A stretch of 64,000 bases of DNA from Rhodospirillales bacterium (GTDB taxonomy: Bacteria > Pseudomonadota > Alphaproteobacteria > Rhodospirillales > UBA2165): contig CBDBMR010000005.1 of NCBI GenBank assembly GCA_965207535.1, forward strand, positions 95,905-159,904. The letters run 5' to 3'. Shown here one piece after another: positions 44,447 through 53,720 of this stretch. The position numbers and the translations under genes are program-made. Within the stretch, counting starts at the first letter, position 1. Each line of letters begins with the position of its first letter. The notes under the pieces are model-generated. The model ran no database searches and was not told the DNA's origin. It was given only the letters and a program-made list of their open reading frames with translations.

Positions 44447-45748
44447 TTACGCGCTGACCCGTGAAATCTCCGCCCCGCACGCCGCGAGCTTCTCCTCCAC
44501 CCGCTCGTAGCCCCGGTCGAGGTGGTACACCCGGTTGATCACGGTTTCACCCTTGGCCGCAAGACCGGCGAGCACGAGCGAAACCGACGCCCGGAGGTCG
44601 GTGGCCATCAGATGCGCGCCCGAGAGTTCGGGCACCCCGCGAACGATCGCCGAGGAGCCGTGAACATTGATGTCGGCTCCCATGCGGTTGAGCTCCGGTA
44701 CATGCATGAAGCGGTTTTCGAAGATGGTTTCGGTAATCATCGAAGCGCCGTCGGACACCGCCAACAGCGCCATGATCTGCGCCTGCATGTCGGTGGGAAA
44801 GCCGGGATAGGGCTCGGTCATCACATCGATGCCGTCCAGATGATTGTTGGTCCGCCTGACCAGGATGTCCCCATCCGCCTCGGTCACGCTGACCCCGGCC
44901 CTGCCCAGGGTATCGACCACGGAATCGAGGAAATCCATTCTCGAATTGCGAAGCCGGAGTTCACCGCCGGTAATGGCGGCGGCGACGGCATAGGTGCCGG
45001 TTTCGATCCGATCGGGGATGACCGAATAGTCGGCGCCGTGCAGCGATTTCCGTCCCTGCACCACCAGGGTGTCGGTGCCGATGCCGTCGATTTCCGCCCC
45101 CATGGCGACCAGGCAGTGAGCCAGGTCGGACACCTCGGGCTCCCGGGCGACATTCGCAAGCTGCGTCTCGCCCTCGGCCAGGACCGCCGCCATCAGGATG
45201 TTTTCCGAGGCGCCGACGGAGACGGAGGGAAAGGTAATATGCGAGCCGGCCAATCCGTCCGGCGCCTTCGCGCTGATGTAGCCTTCCTCGAGTTCGATCT
45301 CGGCTCCCAATTGCCGCAGGGCTTCGAGGTGCAGATCGACCGGCCGGGTCCCGATGGCGCAGCCGCCGGGCAGCGAAACCCGCGCCTCCCCGAATCGAGC
45401 CAGCGCCGGGCCCAGAACGAGGACCGAAGCGCGCATCTTACGGACCAGATCGTAGGGCGCCGTCCTGCCGATTGCGCCGTCGGCGGTCAGGCGCAGGACT
45501 CGGGCCCCATGTTCGCCGCTACTTGGCTCGCCGTTACTAGGCCCGCCGTCCATATCGACGGTGACGCCGAGTTCGGCCAGCAGATCCGCCATGGTCGAGA
45601 TATCGGCCAGGTGCGGCGGATTGGCCAATGTCAGGGTCTCGTCGGTCAACAGACACGCCGCCATCAACGGCAGCGCCGCATTCTTGGACCCGGCGATGGG
45701 AATGGTGCCGTTGAGGGGTCTTCCGCCTCGAATGACGATTTGATCCAC
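44447..45748 (-). CDS. murA: UDP-N-acetylglucosamine 1-carboxyvinyltransferase
   Basis: [26 protein letters not shown]...[15 protein letters not shown]...[12 protein letters not shown]. Confidence 0.95.
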   Translation of the reverse strand: MDQIVIRGGRPLNGTIPIAGSKNAALPLMAACLLTDETLTLANPPHLADISTMADLLAELGVTVDMDGGPSNGEPSSGEHGARVLRLTADGAIGRTAPYDLVRKMRASVLVLGPALARFGEARVSLPGGCAIGTRPVDLHLEALRQLGAEIELEEGYISAKAPDGLAGSHITFPSVSVGASENILMAAVLAEGETQLANVAREPEVSDLAHCLVAMGAEIDGIGTDTLVVQGRKSLHGADYSVIPDRIETGTYAVAAAITGGELRLRNSRMDFLDSVVDTLGRAGVSVTEADGDILVRRTNNHLDGIDVMTEPYPGFPTDMQAQIMALLAVSDGASMITETIFENRFMHVPELNRMGADINVHGSSAIVRGVPELSGAHLMATDLRASVSLVLAGLAAKGETVINRVYHLDRGYERVEEKLAACGAEISRVSA

Positions 45749-45749
45749 G

Positions 45750-45938
45750 CTAGTCCTTTTGTTCCGGTTCCCCGTCCGCCTGCCCGCGCTGCCGCGCCTT
45801 CCGCCGGTTGAGGTTCCGCCGCAGCGCCTCGGCCAGTTTGGCCTCGCGCTCCCGGCGGGCGGCCTCGGCCTTGCTCGTGACGTTGGGACCCTGCCGGCCC
45901 TTGGCGGTGTTCATGGGGTGCTCATTGGGTGTGCTCAT
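45750..45938 (-). CDS. Small basic hypothetical protein (Arg/Lys/Glu-rich)
   Basis: [62 protein letters not shown]. It lies 1 nt upstream of murA in the same orientation. The start is uncertain, and the track's extension runs into repeat copy B. Confidence 0.5.
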   Translation of the reverse strand: MSTPNEHPMNTAKGRQGPNVTSKAEAARREREAKLAEALRRNLNRRKARQRGQADGEPEQKD

Positions 45939-46029
45939 CGATCGAAGGCGGTCGGCATGGTTGTCGCAGTCTACTCCTTGAGCGTCAAGAATATGCCGCG
46001 GGATTGAGGCGGAAGTGTGGCGATGAAGC

Positions 46030-46170
46030 CTAGAGCCGATCATGGTTTGTCGGAATCGCTTTGCGATGCCGACAATCCATGTGAATCGGCTCTACACTAT
46101 TGAAATAGATCGGATTCACATGTTTTGACGAAACCGCGCCGTGGTTCCGTCAAAACATGACCCGATCTAG
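46030..46170 (-). repeat. 141-bp CTAG-bounded three-hairpin repeat, copy B (inverted orientation)
   Basis: Its reverse complement differs from copy A at 1 position. It lies 68 nt upstream of tRNA-Thr. Confidence 0.9.
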
Positions 46171-46238
46171 GAGCGGCGCGCTTGCCCGGACAATGCCGCT
46201 GTGGCATGTTGCGCGCCGCTTGAATCCGACCTTGATGT

Positions 46239-46313
46239 GCCGCCGTAGCTCAGGGGTAGAGCGCGCCCTTGGTAAGGGCGAGGTCGAGTGTTCAATTCAC
46301 TCCGGCGGCACCA
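46239..46313 (+). tRNA. tRNA-Thr (anticodon GGU), CCA encoded
   Basis: Manual cloverleaf: acceptor GCCGCCG/CGGCGGC, D-stem GCTC/GAGC, anticodon stem CGCCC/GGGCG with loop TTGGTAA, T-stem GAGTG/CACTC with loop TTCAATT, discriminator A plus CCA. Confidence 0.9.
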
Positions 46314-46360
46314 TTACTTCCGGCGATATTTCGGGGATTTTCGGCCCTGGCCGGGATATG

Positions 46361-47278
46361 TCAGGCGTCCGTACCGGCGCCGGCGGCCGGACCGGTCAGC
46401 ATTCTCATTACCTCCGCCCCGTTCGCCACGATCCAGAAGTGGCCGGCCCCGGAAATGAACCGGGTGCGGCAATCGGGAATCCGTCCGGCCAGCCAATGGC
46501 CGAACGCCGCCGGCACGACCGTATCTGCTTCGCCGTGCCACAAATATGTGGGGACCGGAATGTCCGATGGATCGAACCCCCAGGCCCGGGACATCAGCGC
46601 CAACTCGGTCACCAGCCCCGATGTGCCTTGGGAGAGGGCGTCCTCGGCCGACGCGATCAAGCACGCCTGCGTCCAGTCATCGGCGAGCATATCCCGATCC
46701 GGACCGGTCATTGCCGACATGGCGAAGCGCATCACCCGGTCCGGATCCCTGGTTAAGGTCCGCCGGAAGAGTTTTGTCCCGAGCGCGGTCATCAGGCGGC
46801 TGCGGCGGCCGATGCCATAGATGACCGAATAGCGGGCCGTCAAATGTTTGCGGATTGCCGGAGAGGTGACGGGGGCCATGGCGCTCACCATGCCCAGCGC
46901 CGTCAGCCTGTCACCGAGCCGCGCCCCGCAGGCCGCCGCGTAGGGCCCGCCGCCCGAGATGCCGGCCAATGGAAACCGGCCGAGCGACAGGTGGTCCGCC
47001 AATGACGCCACGTCATCGGCGAAATCGAGGATGGTTCGGTTCGGGTCCGGATCGGAAAGGCCCAGACCGGGCCGGTCGGGCGCGATCAACCGGACGCCGG
47101 CCTCCCTGGCGGCGCGATCGCCGAGCCGGAACATCACGCGGGTCGACGGCGTACCGTGCAGGAAAATCAGCGGCCGGCCGGCCGGGTCGCCGTATTCGGC
47201 ATATCCGAGCCGCCGCCCCGACGGCAGCATGACGAGGTTGTCTTCGTTGGGATAGGTGGCGGCGGCCGACGGGTCCAT
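46361..47278 (-). CDS. Alpha/beta hydrolase fold protein
   Basis: LIFLHGTPSTR and the nucleophile elbow GISGGGPYAAA, with a C-terminal His region (GAGHFW). Confidence 0.8.
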   Translation of the reverse strand: MDPSAAATYPNEDNLVMLPSGRRLGYAEYGDPAGRPLIFLHGTPSTRVMFRLGDRAAREAGVRLIAPDRPGLGLSDPDPNRTILDFADDVASLADHLSLGRFPLAGISGGGPYAAACGARLGDRLTALGMVSAMAPVTSPAIRKHLTARYSVIYGIGRRSRLMTALGTKLFRRTLTRDPDRVMRFAMSAMTGPDRDMLADDWTQACLIASAEDALSQGTSGLVTELALMSRAWGFDPSDIPVPTYLWHGEADTVVPAAFGHWLAGRIPDCRTRFISGAGHFWIVANGAEVMRMLTGPAAGAGTDA

Positions 47279-47290
47279 CGGTCGCGCCGG

Positions 47291-48292
47291 TCAGGCGGCC
47301 TTCAGGAAGTGGATGCTGAACAGGTCGTTCGCGTCGGTCCAGGTTGCGCCGACGGCAAAACCGGCCCCAGCCGCCAAACCGCCGAATTCCCGGACGGTGT
47401 ATTTGTAGGAATTTTCCGTATGGATGGTTTCACCCTCCGAGAAACGGAATGTCTCCCCGCCGATACGAATGCGCTGCTCCGATTTGGCGCGCAGGTGCAT
47501 TTCTATCCGCCCCTCGCCCTCATTGTAGAATGCGTGATGCTCGAACCCGTCGACGTTCACCTCGGAATCGAGTTCACGCTCGATGCGGCGCAACAGGTTG
47601 AGATTGAAGTCGGCCGTGTGGCCGGCTTCGTCGTTGTAGGCGCGGTTCAGACGGCCGGTGTCTTTCTTCAGATCGACGCCGATGAGCAGGGCGCCGTCGT
47701 CACCCACGTTCTCCCGCACCCGTCCCAGGAAGGCCCCGGCCTCCTCGGGCGTCTGGTTGCCGATGGTCGAGCCCGGGAAGAAACCCAGTTTCGTGCCGCC
47801 GCCGCCCCTGGCGACGTCGGCGGGAAGTTCGAAGCCGCCGGTGAAGTCGGCGCAGATGCCGCCTACCCTGAGACCGGGGTGGCGGGCGGAGATATCCTCG
47901 ACCACGAAGCGCAGGTGCTCCGGCGATATATCGATGGCCGCATACTCGGCCGGGTCTTCCAGCGCATCGAGCAGCAGGTTGATCTTGGCCGCCGAGCCGC
48001 AGCCGTATTCGATGACCACCGCGCCGGGCCCCGCGAGGCGCCGGATATCGTCGCTTCGATCGGACAGCAGGCCGGTCTCCGTCCGGGTGACGTAATACTC
48101 CTCGGTCTCGCAAATGCGGTTGAAAATGTGCGAGCCCTCCTCATCGTAGAAGAACTTCGCCGGAATTTCCTTCTGTGCGGCCCGCAGGCCGGCAATTACC
48201 GCGTGCTCGAAATCGGCCGCCCGGGGCTGCCGGTCGACGAAATAGGCCACGCCTCCGGACGCGCCGTCGCCGGGTGGTGTCAATTCATCCAT
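47291..48292 (-). CDS. egtD: EgtD-type L-histidine N-alpha-methyltransferase family protein (Methyltransf_33)
   Basis: KFFYDEEGSHIFNRICETEEYYVTRTE...VIEYGCGSAAK...GFFPGSTIGN...ENSYKYT are hallmark EgtD-family motifs. The start at 48292 is the first Met of the homologous region. Confidence 0.75.
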   Translation of the reverse strand: MDELTPPGDGASGGVAYFVDRQPRAADFEHAVIAGLRAAQKEIPAKFFYDEEGSHIFNRICETEEYYVTRTETGLLSDRSDDIRRLAGPGAVVIEYGCGSAAKINLLLDALEDPAEYAAIDISPEHLRFVVEDISARHPGLRVGGICADFTGGFELPADVARGGGGTKLGFFPGSTIGNQTPEEAGAFLGRVRENVGDDGALLIGVDLKKDTGRLNRAYNDEAGHTADFNLNLLRRIERELDSEVNVDGFEHHAFYNEGEGRIEMHLRAKSEQRIRIGGETFRFSEGETIHTENSYKYTVREFGGLAAGAGFAVGATWTDANDLFSIHFLKAA

Positions 48293-48406
48293 GATGCGAT
48301 TGCCGCCTTTCGGTGCCTTGGGCGCGGGTGAAAGTGGCCGGATTGTTGGCGGCGGGGCATCGGGTGTCAACCCGCCGCCGGGAAAAAGCACCCGTCTTTG
48401 AATAAG

Positions 48407-49312
48407 TTAGCGGCTCTTGCCGCCAAGCGACCCGCGGTGCGCCAGATAGACCCCGAGCAGCACCACGAGCCCGCCCAGGCCCCGAAGGCCGGTAATGGCT
48501 TCGGCGAACAACGCCCACGCGATCAGCGCCGCCAATACCGGCTGGAACAGCAGCCCGACCGAGGAGAACGCGGCCGGGAGCTTGGCGAGCGCATAGGCGA
48601 TCAACCCCTGACCACCGGTATGGGACACGACCGCCAGGCCCAGCAGTACGGTCCAGCCGGCAACCCCCGCCGGCCAGAGCGGGGTCTCGGTGATCAGGGC
48701 GGCCGGCAGCAGAATGACCGAGGTGGAGATACCGCTCCACCACATGACGGTGGCGGTGGAGAATTTGGCCCGCAGGCGGCTGACGGTCAGAATATAGGAC
48801 GCGTAGAACACCGCGGTCGCGATGCCGAGGGCATCGCCGATCAGGTGCCTTTCGCTGGTACCGGCGCTCACCCCGACCAGAATGGCGACACCGGCGACGG
48901 CGCAGAACAACCCCCCGAGAAACACCCGGTTGAACCGCTCCTTGAATAGCAGGAACGCCCCCAGCGTCACGAATATGGGAGCGAAGTTGGCGAACAAAGT
49001 CGCGTTGGCGACCGTCGTCAGATTGATCGACCAGTGCCAAAGCGCGAGATCGCCGGCAAAGAAAACCCCGGACAGCATGAGCAGCGCATAGTCCTTGGCG
49101 GTCGGCGGGCCCGCGGCGATCTCGCGCCGGCTCCGGTCAATCATGATCCAGACGAATACGACCGGCAGCGACAGGAAGACCCGGTGAAATCCGGTGGTGA
49201 CCGGCCCGAGCTCGCTCAACCGGACAAATATGGGCGACAGGGCGATGGCGGCCGCGCCGAGGAACAGCGCGGCCATCGCCCGGCGGTCATGAGCGGTCCC
49301 TGTAACGGACAT
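48407..49312 (-). CDS. DMT superfamily (EamA-type) transporter
   Basis: 301-aa protein with about ten predicted helices. The start may be the internal Met at 49276. Confidence 0.75.
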   Translation of the reverse strand: MSVTGTAHDRRAMAALFLGAAAIALSPIFVRLSELGPVTTGFHRVFLSLPVVFVWIMIDRSRREIAAGPPTAKDYALLMLSGVFFAGDLALWHWSINLTTVANATLFANFAPIFVTLGAFLLFKERFNRVFLGGLFCAVAGVAILVGVSAGTSERHLIGDALGIATAVFYASYILTVSRLRAKFSTATVMWWSGISTSVILLPAALITETPLWPAGVAGWTVLLGLAVVSHTGGQGLIAYALAKLPAAFSSVGLLFQPVLAALIAWALFAEAITGLRGLGGLVVLLGVYLAHRGSLGGKSR

Positions 49313-49391
49313 GGCGCGCGGTTATAGCTATCTCGTCCTGCCGGAACAAACGGTGAGTGATGCCGGGGATTTGGTGGTCTATAGTCCGGCC

Positions 49392-50210
49392 ATGGATTCT
49401 GAAACCCCTGGCGCCGCCGATCTGGCGGCCGCCTTGATTTCTTCGGACGACCCGCCGCCCTTCGAGCTTCTCAACCCCGAGGGTAGCGCACCGGTGCTGC
49501 TGATCTGCGATCATGCGAGCCGCGAGGTTCCAGGGAGTTTGGACGGGCTCGGCCTCACGCCGGAGACGCTTGACCTGCACGTCGCCTGGGATATCGGCGC
49601 CGCCAACGTCACTCGGCGGCTCGCGGCAAAACTGGACGCCAGGGCCGTGCTCGCCGGCTATTCGCGGCTGGTCATCGACAACAACCGCCAACCCGGTGAT
49701 CCGACGGCGATCCCCGACGTCAGCGACAATATCGTCATTCCCGGCAACCAGGACCTGTCGGAGGCCGACGAGGTGGCGCGGCGGGACGCTCTCTACTGGC
49801 CCTATCACCGCGCCGTTTCGGAAGGTCTGGCCCACCTGTGGCGCCGCGGCACGCCGCCGGCCCTGTTCTCGGTCCACAGCTTCACGCCGTCCATGGGCGG
49901 CGAGGATCGCGAGTGGCACGTGGGCGTGCTGTGGAACCGGGACCCCCGGATCGCCGAGCCGCTCATATATGAACTCCGCCGGCGGCCGGAAGGCTTCAAG
50001 GTCGGCGACAACCTGCCCTACTCCGGTGCGGACCTGGCTCATTCCCTTGATTTTCACGGCGGCGCGGCGGGCCTGCCCAATTGCGCGGTCGAAATCCGGC
50101 AGGATTTGGTGGAAGACGACGAAGGCGCCGAGGAGTGGGCCGGTATCGTTGCGGACTGCCTGAACCGAATTCTGCGGATCGACGACATTCACGAGGTCAA
50201 ACACTACTGA
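49392..50210 (+). CDS. N-formylglutamate amidohydrolase family protein
   Basis: PVLLICDHASREVP...WDIGA...SRLVIDNNR...SVHSFTP motifs. The ATG at 49392 is preferred because the track start (49311) would overlap the divergent gene's start codon. Confidence 0.8.
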   Translation: MDSETPGAADLAAALISSDDPPPFELLNPEGSAPVLLICDHASREVPGSLDGLGLTPETLDLHVAWDIGAANVTRRLAAKLDARAVLAGYSRLVIDNNRQPGDPTAIPDVSDNIVIPGNQDLSEADEVARRDALYWPYHRAVSEGLAHLWRRGTPPALFSVHSFTPSMGGEDREWHVGVLWNRDPRIAEPLIYELRRRPEGFKVGDNLPYSGADLAHSLDFHGGAAGLPNCAVEIRQDLVEDDEGAEEWAGIVADCLNRILRIDDIHEVKHY

Positions 50211-51346
50211 TGCCCATCTCGGAACCCGCCCTGACGATCGGTATCGAGGAGGAGTATCTTCTCGTCGAGCGCGACAGCCGCGACCTTGCCAAAAATCCGC
50301 CGGGAGAAATGTTCGAGGAATGCGAGGCGCGGCTCCAGAACCTAGTCAAGCCGGAGTTCCTGAAGTCCCAGATCGAGGTGGCGACCGATGTCTGTGCCTC
50401 CATTGCCGAGGCGCGCCGGGAACTGGGCGAACTGCGCTCCACCATCGCCGAGGTCGCCGACAAGTTTGACCTCGCCCCCATCGCCGCCTCCACCCATCCC
50501 TTTGCCCGTTGGGAACACCAGGTCCACACCGACAAGGACCGCTACAATTCGCTCGCCCGGGACCTTCAAGCGGTCGCCCGGCGGCTAGTGATCTGCGGCA
50601 TGCACGTCCACGTCTGCGTCGAAGACGACGATCTTCGGATCGATTTGATGAGCCAGGCCGCCTATTTCCTGCCCCATTTGATGGCTCTCTCCACCTCGTC
50701 GCCGTTCTGGGGAGGCGAGAAGACCGGCCTGATGTCGTACCGGCTGTGCGTCTGGGACGAATTGCCGCGGACCGGCTTGCCGGAGCGTTTCGACTCCTAC
50801 GGCGAGTATCTCCGGCATGTGAATGTCATGATAGACGCCGGACTCATCGAGGACGCGACGATGATCTGGTGGGATATCCGGCCGAGCGCCCGGTTCCCGA
50901 CCCTCGAGATGCGAATCAGCGACATCTGCACCCGAATCGAGGACACGATCACCATCGCGGCCTTCTATGTCTGCATCATCCGCATGCTCTATCGCCTTCG
51001 CAGCTCCAATCAGCGCTGGCGCAGCTATTCCAATATGCTGGTCGCGGAGAATCGCTGGCGCGCCCATCGGTTCGGTCTGGATGAAGGCCTAGTGGATTTC
51101 GGAAAGGGCTCGCTTGTTCCTTTTGCCGATCTCATCGAGGAATTGCTGGAACTGATCCGCGAGGATGCCGAGGCTCTCGGCTGCGTCGCCGAGGTGGAAC
51201 ATGCCCGGACGATCATCGCGCGCGGCACCAGCGCCCACCGGCAGATCGCCACGTTCGACGATGCCGTCGGCGCGGGCGCGTCCCCGGAAGAGGCCCTCCG
51301 CGCCGTCGTCGACGACCTGATCGAGCAGACCGCCGCAGGACTTTAG
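50210..51346 (+). CDS. Carboxylate-amine ligase, YbdK type (glutamate-cysteine ligase family 2)
   Basis: LTIGIEEEYLLV...CGMHVHV...STSSPFWGG..TG..SYR...WWDIRPS..FPTLE.R..D. The ATG shares one base with the upstream TGA (TGATG). Confidence 0.85.
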   Translation: MPISEPALTIGIEEEYLLVERDSRDLAKNPPGEMFEECEARLQNLVKPEFLKSQIEVATDVCASIAEARRELGELRSTIAEVADKFDLAPIAASTHPFARWEHQVHTDKDRYNSLARDLQAVARRLVICGMHVHVCVEDDDLRIDLMSQAAYFLPHLMALSTSSPFWGGEKTGLMSYRLCVWDELPRTGLPERFDSYGEYLRHVNVMIDAGLIEDATMIWWDIRPSARFPTLEMRISDICTRIEDTITIAAFYVCIIRMLYRLRSSNQRWRSYSNMLVAENRWRAHRFGLDEGLVDFGKGSLVPFADLIEELLELIREDAEALGCVAEVEHARTIIARGTSAHRQIATFDDAVGAGASPEEALRAVVDDLIEQTAAGL

Positions 51347-51428
51347 AGCGCCCCCCGGTCGGGTCTTGCCCGGCCCGCCCTGCCGTGGCAAATCTCCGGG
51401 TTCAAACGACACCCAAGAGGAGACACCC

Positions 51429-51674
51429 ATGGCCGATGTTGGCGGAATTGCGGCTGAACGATTGCGGTCCTTCGTCGAGCGGATCGAACGGCTGGAAGAA
51501 GAAAAAGCAGCGCTCGGCGCCGACGTCCGGGAGGTTTATTCCGAAGCCAAAAGCGTCGGATTCGATTCCAAGATCATCCGGCAGGTCATCCGTCTCCGGA
51601 AGCTGGACGGCAGCGACCGGCGCGAGCAGGAGGAACTCCTCGACCTCTACAAGACCGCCCTCGGCATGGACTAG
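51429..51674 (+). CDS. DUF2312 (UPF0335) family protein
   Basis: LRSFVERIERLEEEKAALGADVREVYSEAKSVGFDSKIIRQVIRLRK. AGAGGAG lies upstream. Its TAG stop is inside the first CTAG of repeat copy C. Confidence 0.85.
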   Translation: MADVGGIAAERLRSFVERIERLEEEKAALGADVREVYSEAKSVGFDSKIIRQVIRLRKLDGSDRREQEELLDLYKTALGMD

Positions 51675-51811
51675 ATCGGGTCATGTTTTGACGGAACCAC
51701 GGCGCGGTTTCGTCAAAACATGTGAATTCGATCTATTTCAATAGTGTAGAGCCGATTCACATGGATTGTCGGCATCGCAAAGCGATTCCGACAAACCATG
51801 ATCGGCCCTAG
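51671..51811 (+). repeat. 141-bp CTAG-bounded three-hairpin repeat, copy C
   Basis: 3 mismatches to copy A. Both terminal CTAGs contain the stop codons of the flanking convergent genes. Confidence 0.9.
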
Positions 51812-52512
51812 AATTTCTCCACCCACGGCCGCACCTCGATCTCCCAGGACCACGAACTGCGGTGCTGGCGATGCAGATGCAGATAGGTCTCGGCGATTGC
51901 GTCGGGCTCGAGCCACGCATCCTCGCCCCGGTCGCCCCCTTGGGTCCGTCCGCGGTCCGGGTTGGCGATGCCGCCGTCGACCACCACGTGGCCCACGTGA
52001 ATGTTCTCGGGGTGAAGTTCCCGCGCCATGCTTTGCGCCAGCCCGCGAAGGCCGAATTTTCCCATGGCGAAGGTGGCCGACTGCGGAAAGCCCTTGACCC
52101 CGGCCGACGCGCCGGTAAGCAGGATCGTCCCCTTCCCGGCGTCGAGCATCCGCCTGGCCGCCTGCTGGGCGACCAGGAAGCCGCCGAACGCCGTGGTCAG
52201 GATCGCCTGGCCGACCTCCTGGGGATCAAGCTCGACGAGCGGTCCCCGCACCCGGGCGCTGGCGTTGAACACCACGATGTCGGGCGTGCCGAAATCCGCA
52301 TCGACCCCCTCGAAAAGCGCGGCAACCGACGCCGCGTCCGCGGTGTCGCAGGTGTAGGATTTGCCGTCCACTTCGGCGGTCAGGCCGGCCAGCTTGTCGG
52401 TATTTCTGGCCGCCAGAGCGACCTTCATGCCTTCCTTGTGGAACAACCGTGCCAGCGACGCGCTCAGCCCCGACCCGGCGCCGACGATAACGGCGATCTC
52501 GTTTTCACTCAT
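51808..52512 (-). CDS. SDR family oxidoreductase
   Basis: IAVIVGAGSGLSASLA...FAMGKFG (YxxxK-like region). 234 aa. Confidence 0.8.
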   Translation of the reverse strand: MSENEIAVIVGAGSGLSASLARLFHKEGMKVALAARNTDKLAGLTAEVDGKSYTCDTADAASVAALFEGVDADFGTPDIVVFNASARVRGPLVELDPQEVGQAILTTAFGGFLVAQQAARRMLDAGKGTILLTGASAGVKGFPQSATFAMGKFGLRGLAQSMARELHPENIHVGHVVVDGGIANPDRGRTQGGDRGEDAWLEPDAIAETYLHLHRQHRSSWSWEIEVRPWVEKF

Positions 52513-52640
52513 GTGTACCTCTTGAACTGGCGTACGGCGGACCGCCGCCCCGTTTGAACTGGTTCAACGATATCTGTCGCGGCCGGTATTCTTCAAGACC
52601 CAGAACAGCCCGCCGGCACGGGGGTGTTGGGGATCACGGG

Positions 52641-53708
52641 CTACCGGGCGAAGACCCGGCCAAACCTGTTTGCCGTGAAATCCTCGAAATCGACCTGCTC
52701 CTGGCGGACAAAACCGGATGCCGGCAGGCGGCTATCGCGATGCAGATCGACCATGGCACAAATGGCCGAGGCGGTTGTCAACTGGATCGCGCTCCACGGC
52801 ACCCCATCGTCGCCGCCATAGATCTTTTTGGCGTAGGATTCCTGGGTCAGACGGCCGTCCTTGATCCCCCGGACGGTGACGAAGATCACAACCACATCCT
52901 GCATGGTGACCGGGACCCCATGCTCGATGACGTCCTTGAACACGTCGCGCCGATTGCAGAGGTTGAGGTCTTCGGCGAGCATCTTGATCATGTCGCGGTG
53001 ACCGGGGTAGCGGACGGTCTTGTAGTTCAGATTCTCGACCTTGCCCTCGAGGGTGTCGCACAGGCTGCCGATGCCGCCCGAGGTGCTGAATGCTTCGTAA
53101 TGCACGCCGTCCAGGGAAAACTCCTCGAGCCCTTCCAGCGGAATAACCTCGCGGCGTTCACCGTCGTGGATCGTGTCGCAAAGATTGCAGTACTCGTTGA
53201 TCAGTCCGTCGGTGCTCCAGGTGAGGTTGTATTTGAGAGCATTGTCGGGGAACTGCGGCAACGCACCGACCCGGAGCTTCACGTCCTGGGGCTCGTCGAA
53301 CTGCTGCACCAGATGGTGGGCGGCGATGGCGATGAACCCGGGCGCCAGACCGCACTGAGGAACGAAGACCATCCCGGCGCCATTGGAGAGTTCCGAGATC
53401 ATCCGGGCCGTCCGGACGTCTTCGGTGGGGTCGAAGTAATGAACGCCAGCCTCGCGGGCGAATTCCGCCACCCTGAGATCGAGAAAGTACGGGAGCGTGC
53501 TGACCACGACGTCCCGGCCGGACAGGGCGCTCTGAAGGTCCCGGTCGTCGCTCACATCGACGCCAGCCAGGGCGATTCCGTCGCCGATCAACCCCTCCGG
53601 GACCGCGGCCTTGTCAGCCAGCGTAACGGCGTAGTCGCCGGTTTCAGCCAGCATCCGCGCGACCGCAATGCCGATCTTGCCGGCGCCCAGCACCAGAGTA
53701 TTGGTCAT
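52641..53708 (-). CDS. Saccharopine dehydrogenase-like NAD(P)-binding oxidoreductase
   Basis: LVLGAGKIGIAVARML Rossmann N-terminus and a Sacchrp_dh C-terminal-like domain (GLAPG..., YPGHRD). Confidence 0.7.
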   Translation of the reverse strand: MTNTLVLGAGKIGIAVARMLAETGDYAVTLADKAAVPEGLIGDGIALAGVDVSDDRDLQSALSGRDVVVSTLPYFLDLRVAEFAREAGVHYFDPTEDVRTARMISELSNGAGMVFVPQCGLAPGFIAIAAHHLVQQFDEPQDVKLRVGALPQFPDNALKYNLTWSTDGLINEYCNLCDTIHDGERREVIPLEGLEEFSLDGVHYEAFSTSGGIGSLCDTLEGKVENLNYKTVRYPGHRDMIKMLAEDLNLCNRRDVFKDVIEHGVPVTMQDVVVIFVTVRGIKDGRLTQESYAKKIYGGDDGVPWSAIQLTTASAICAMVDLHRDSRLPASGFVRQEQVDFEDFTANRFGRVFAR

Positions 53709-53720
53709 CGCATCGGCCCG

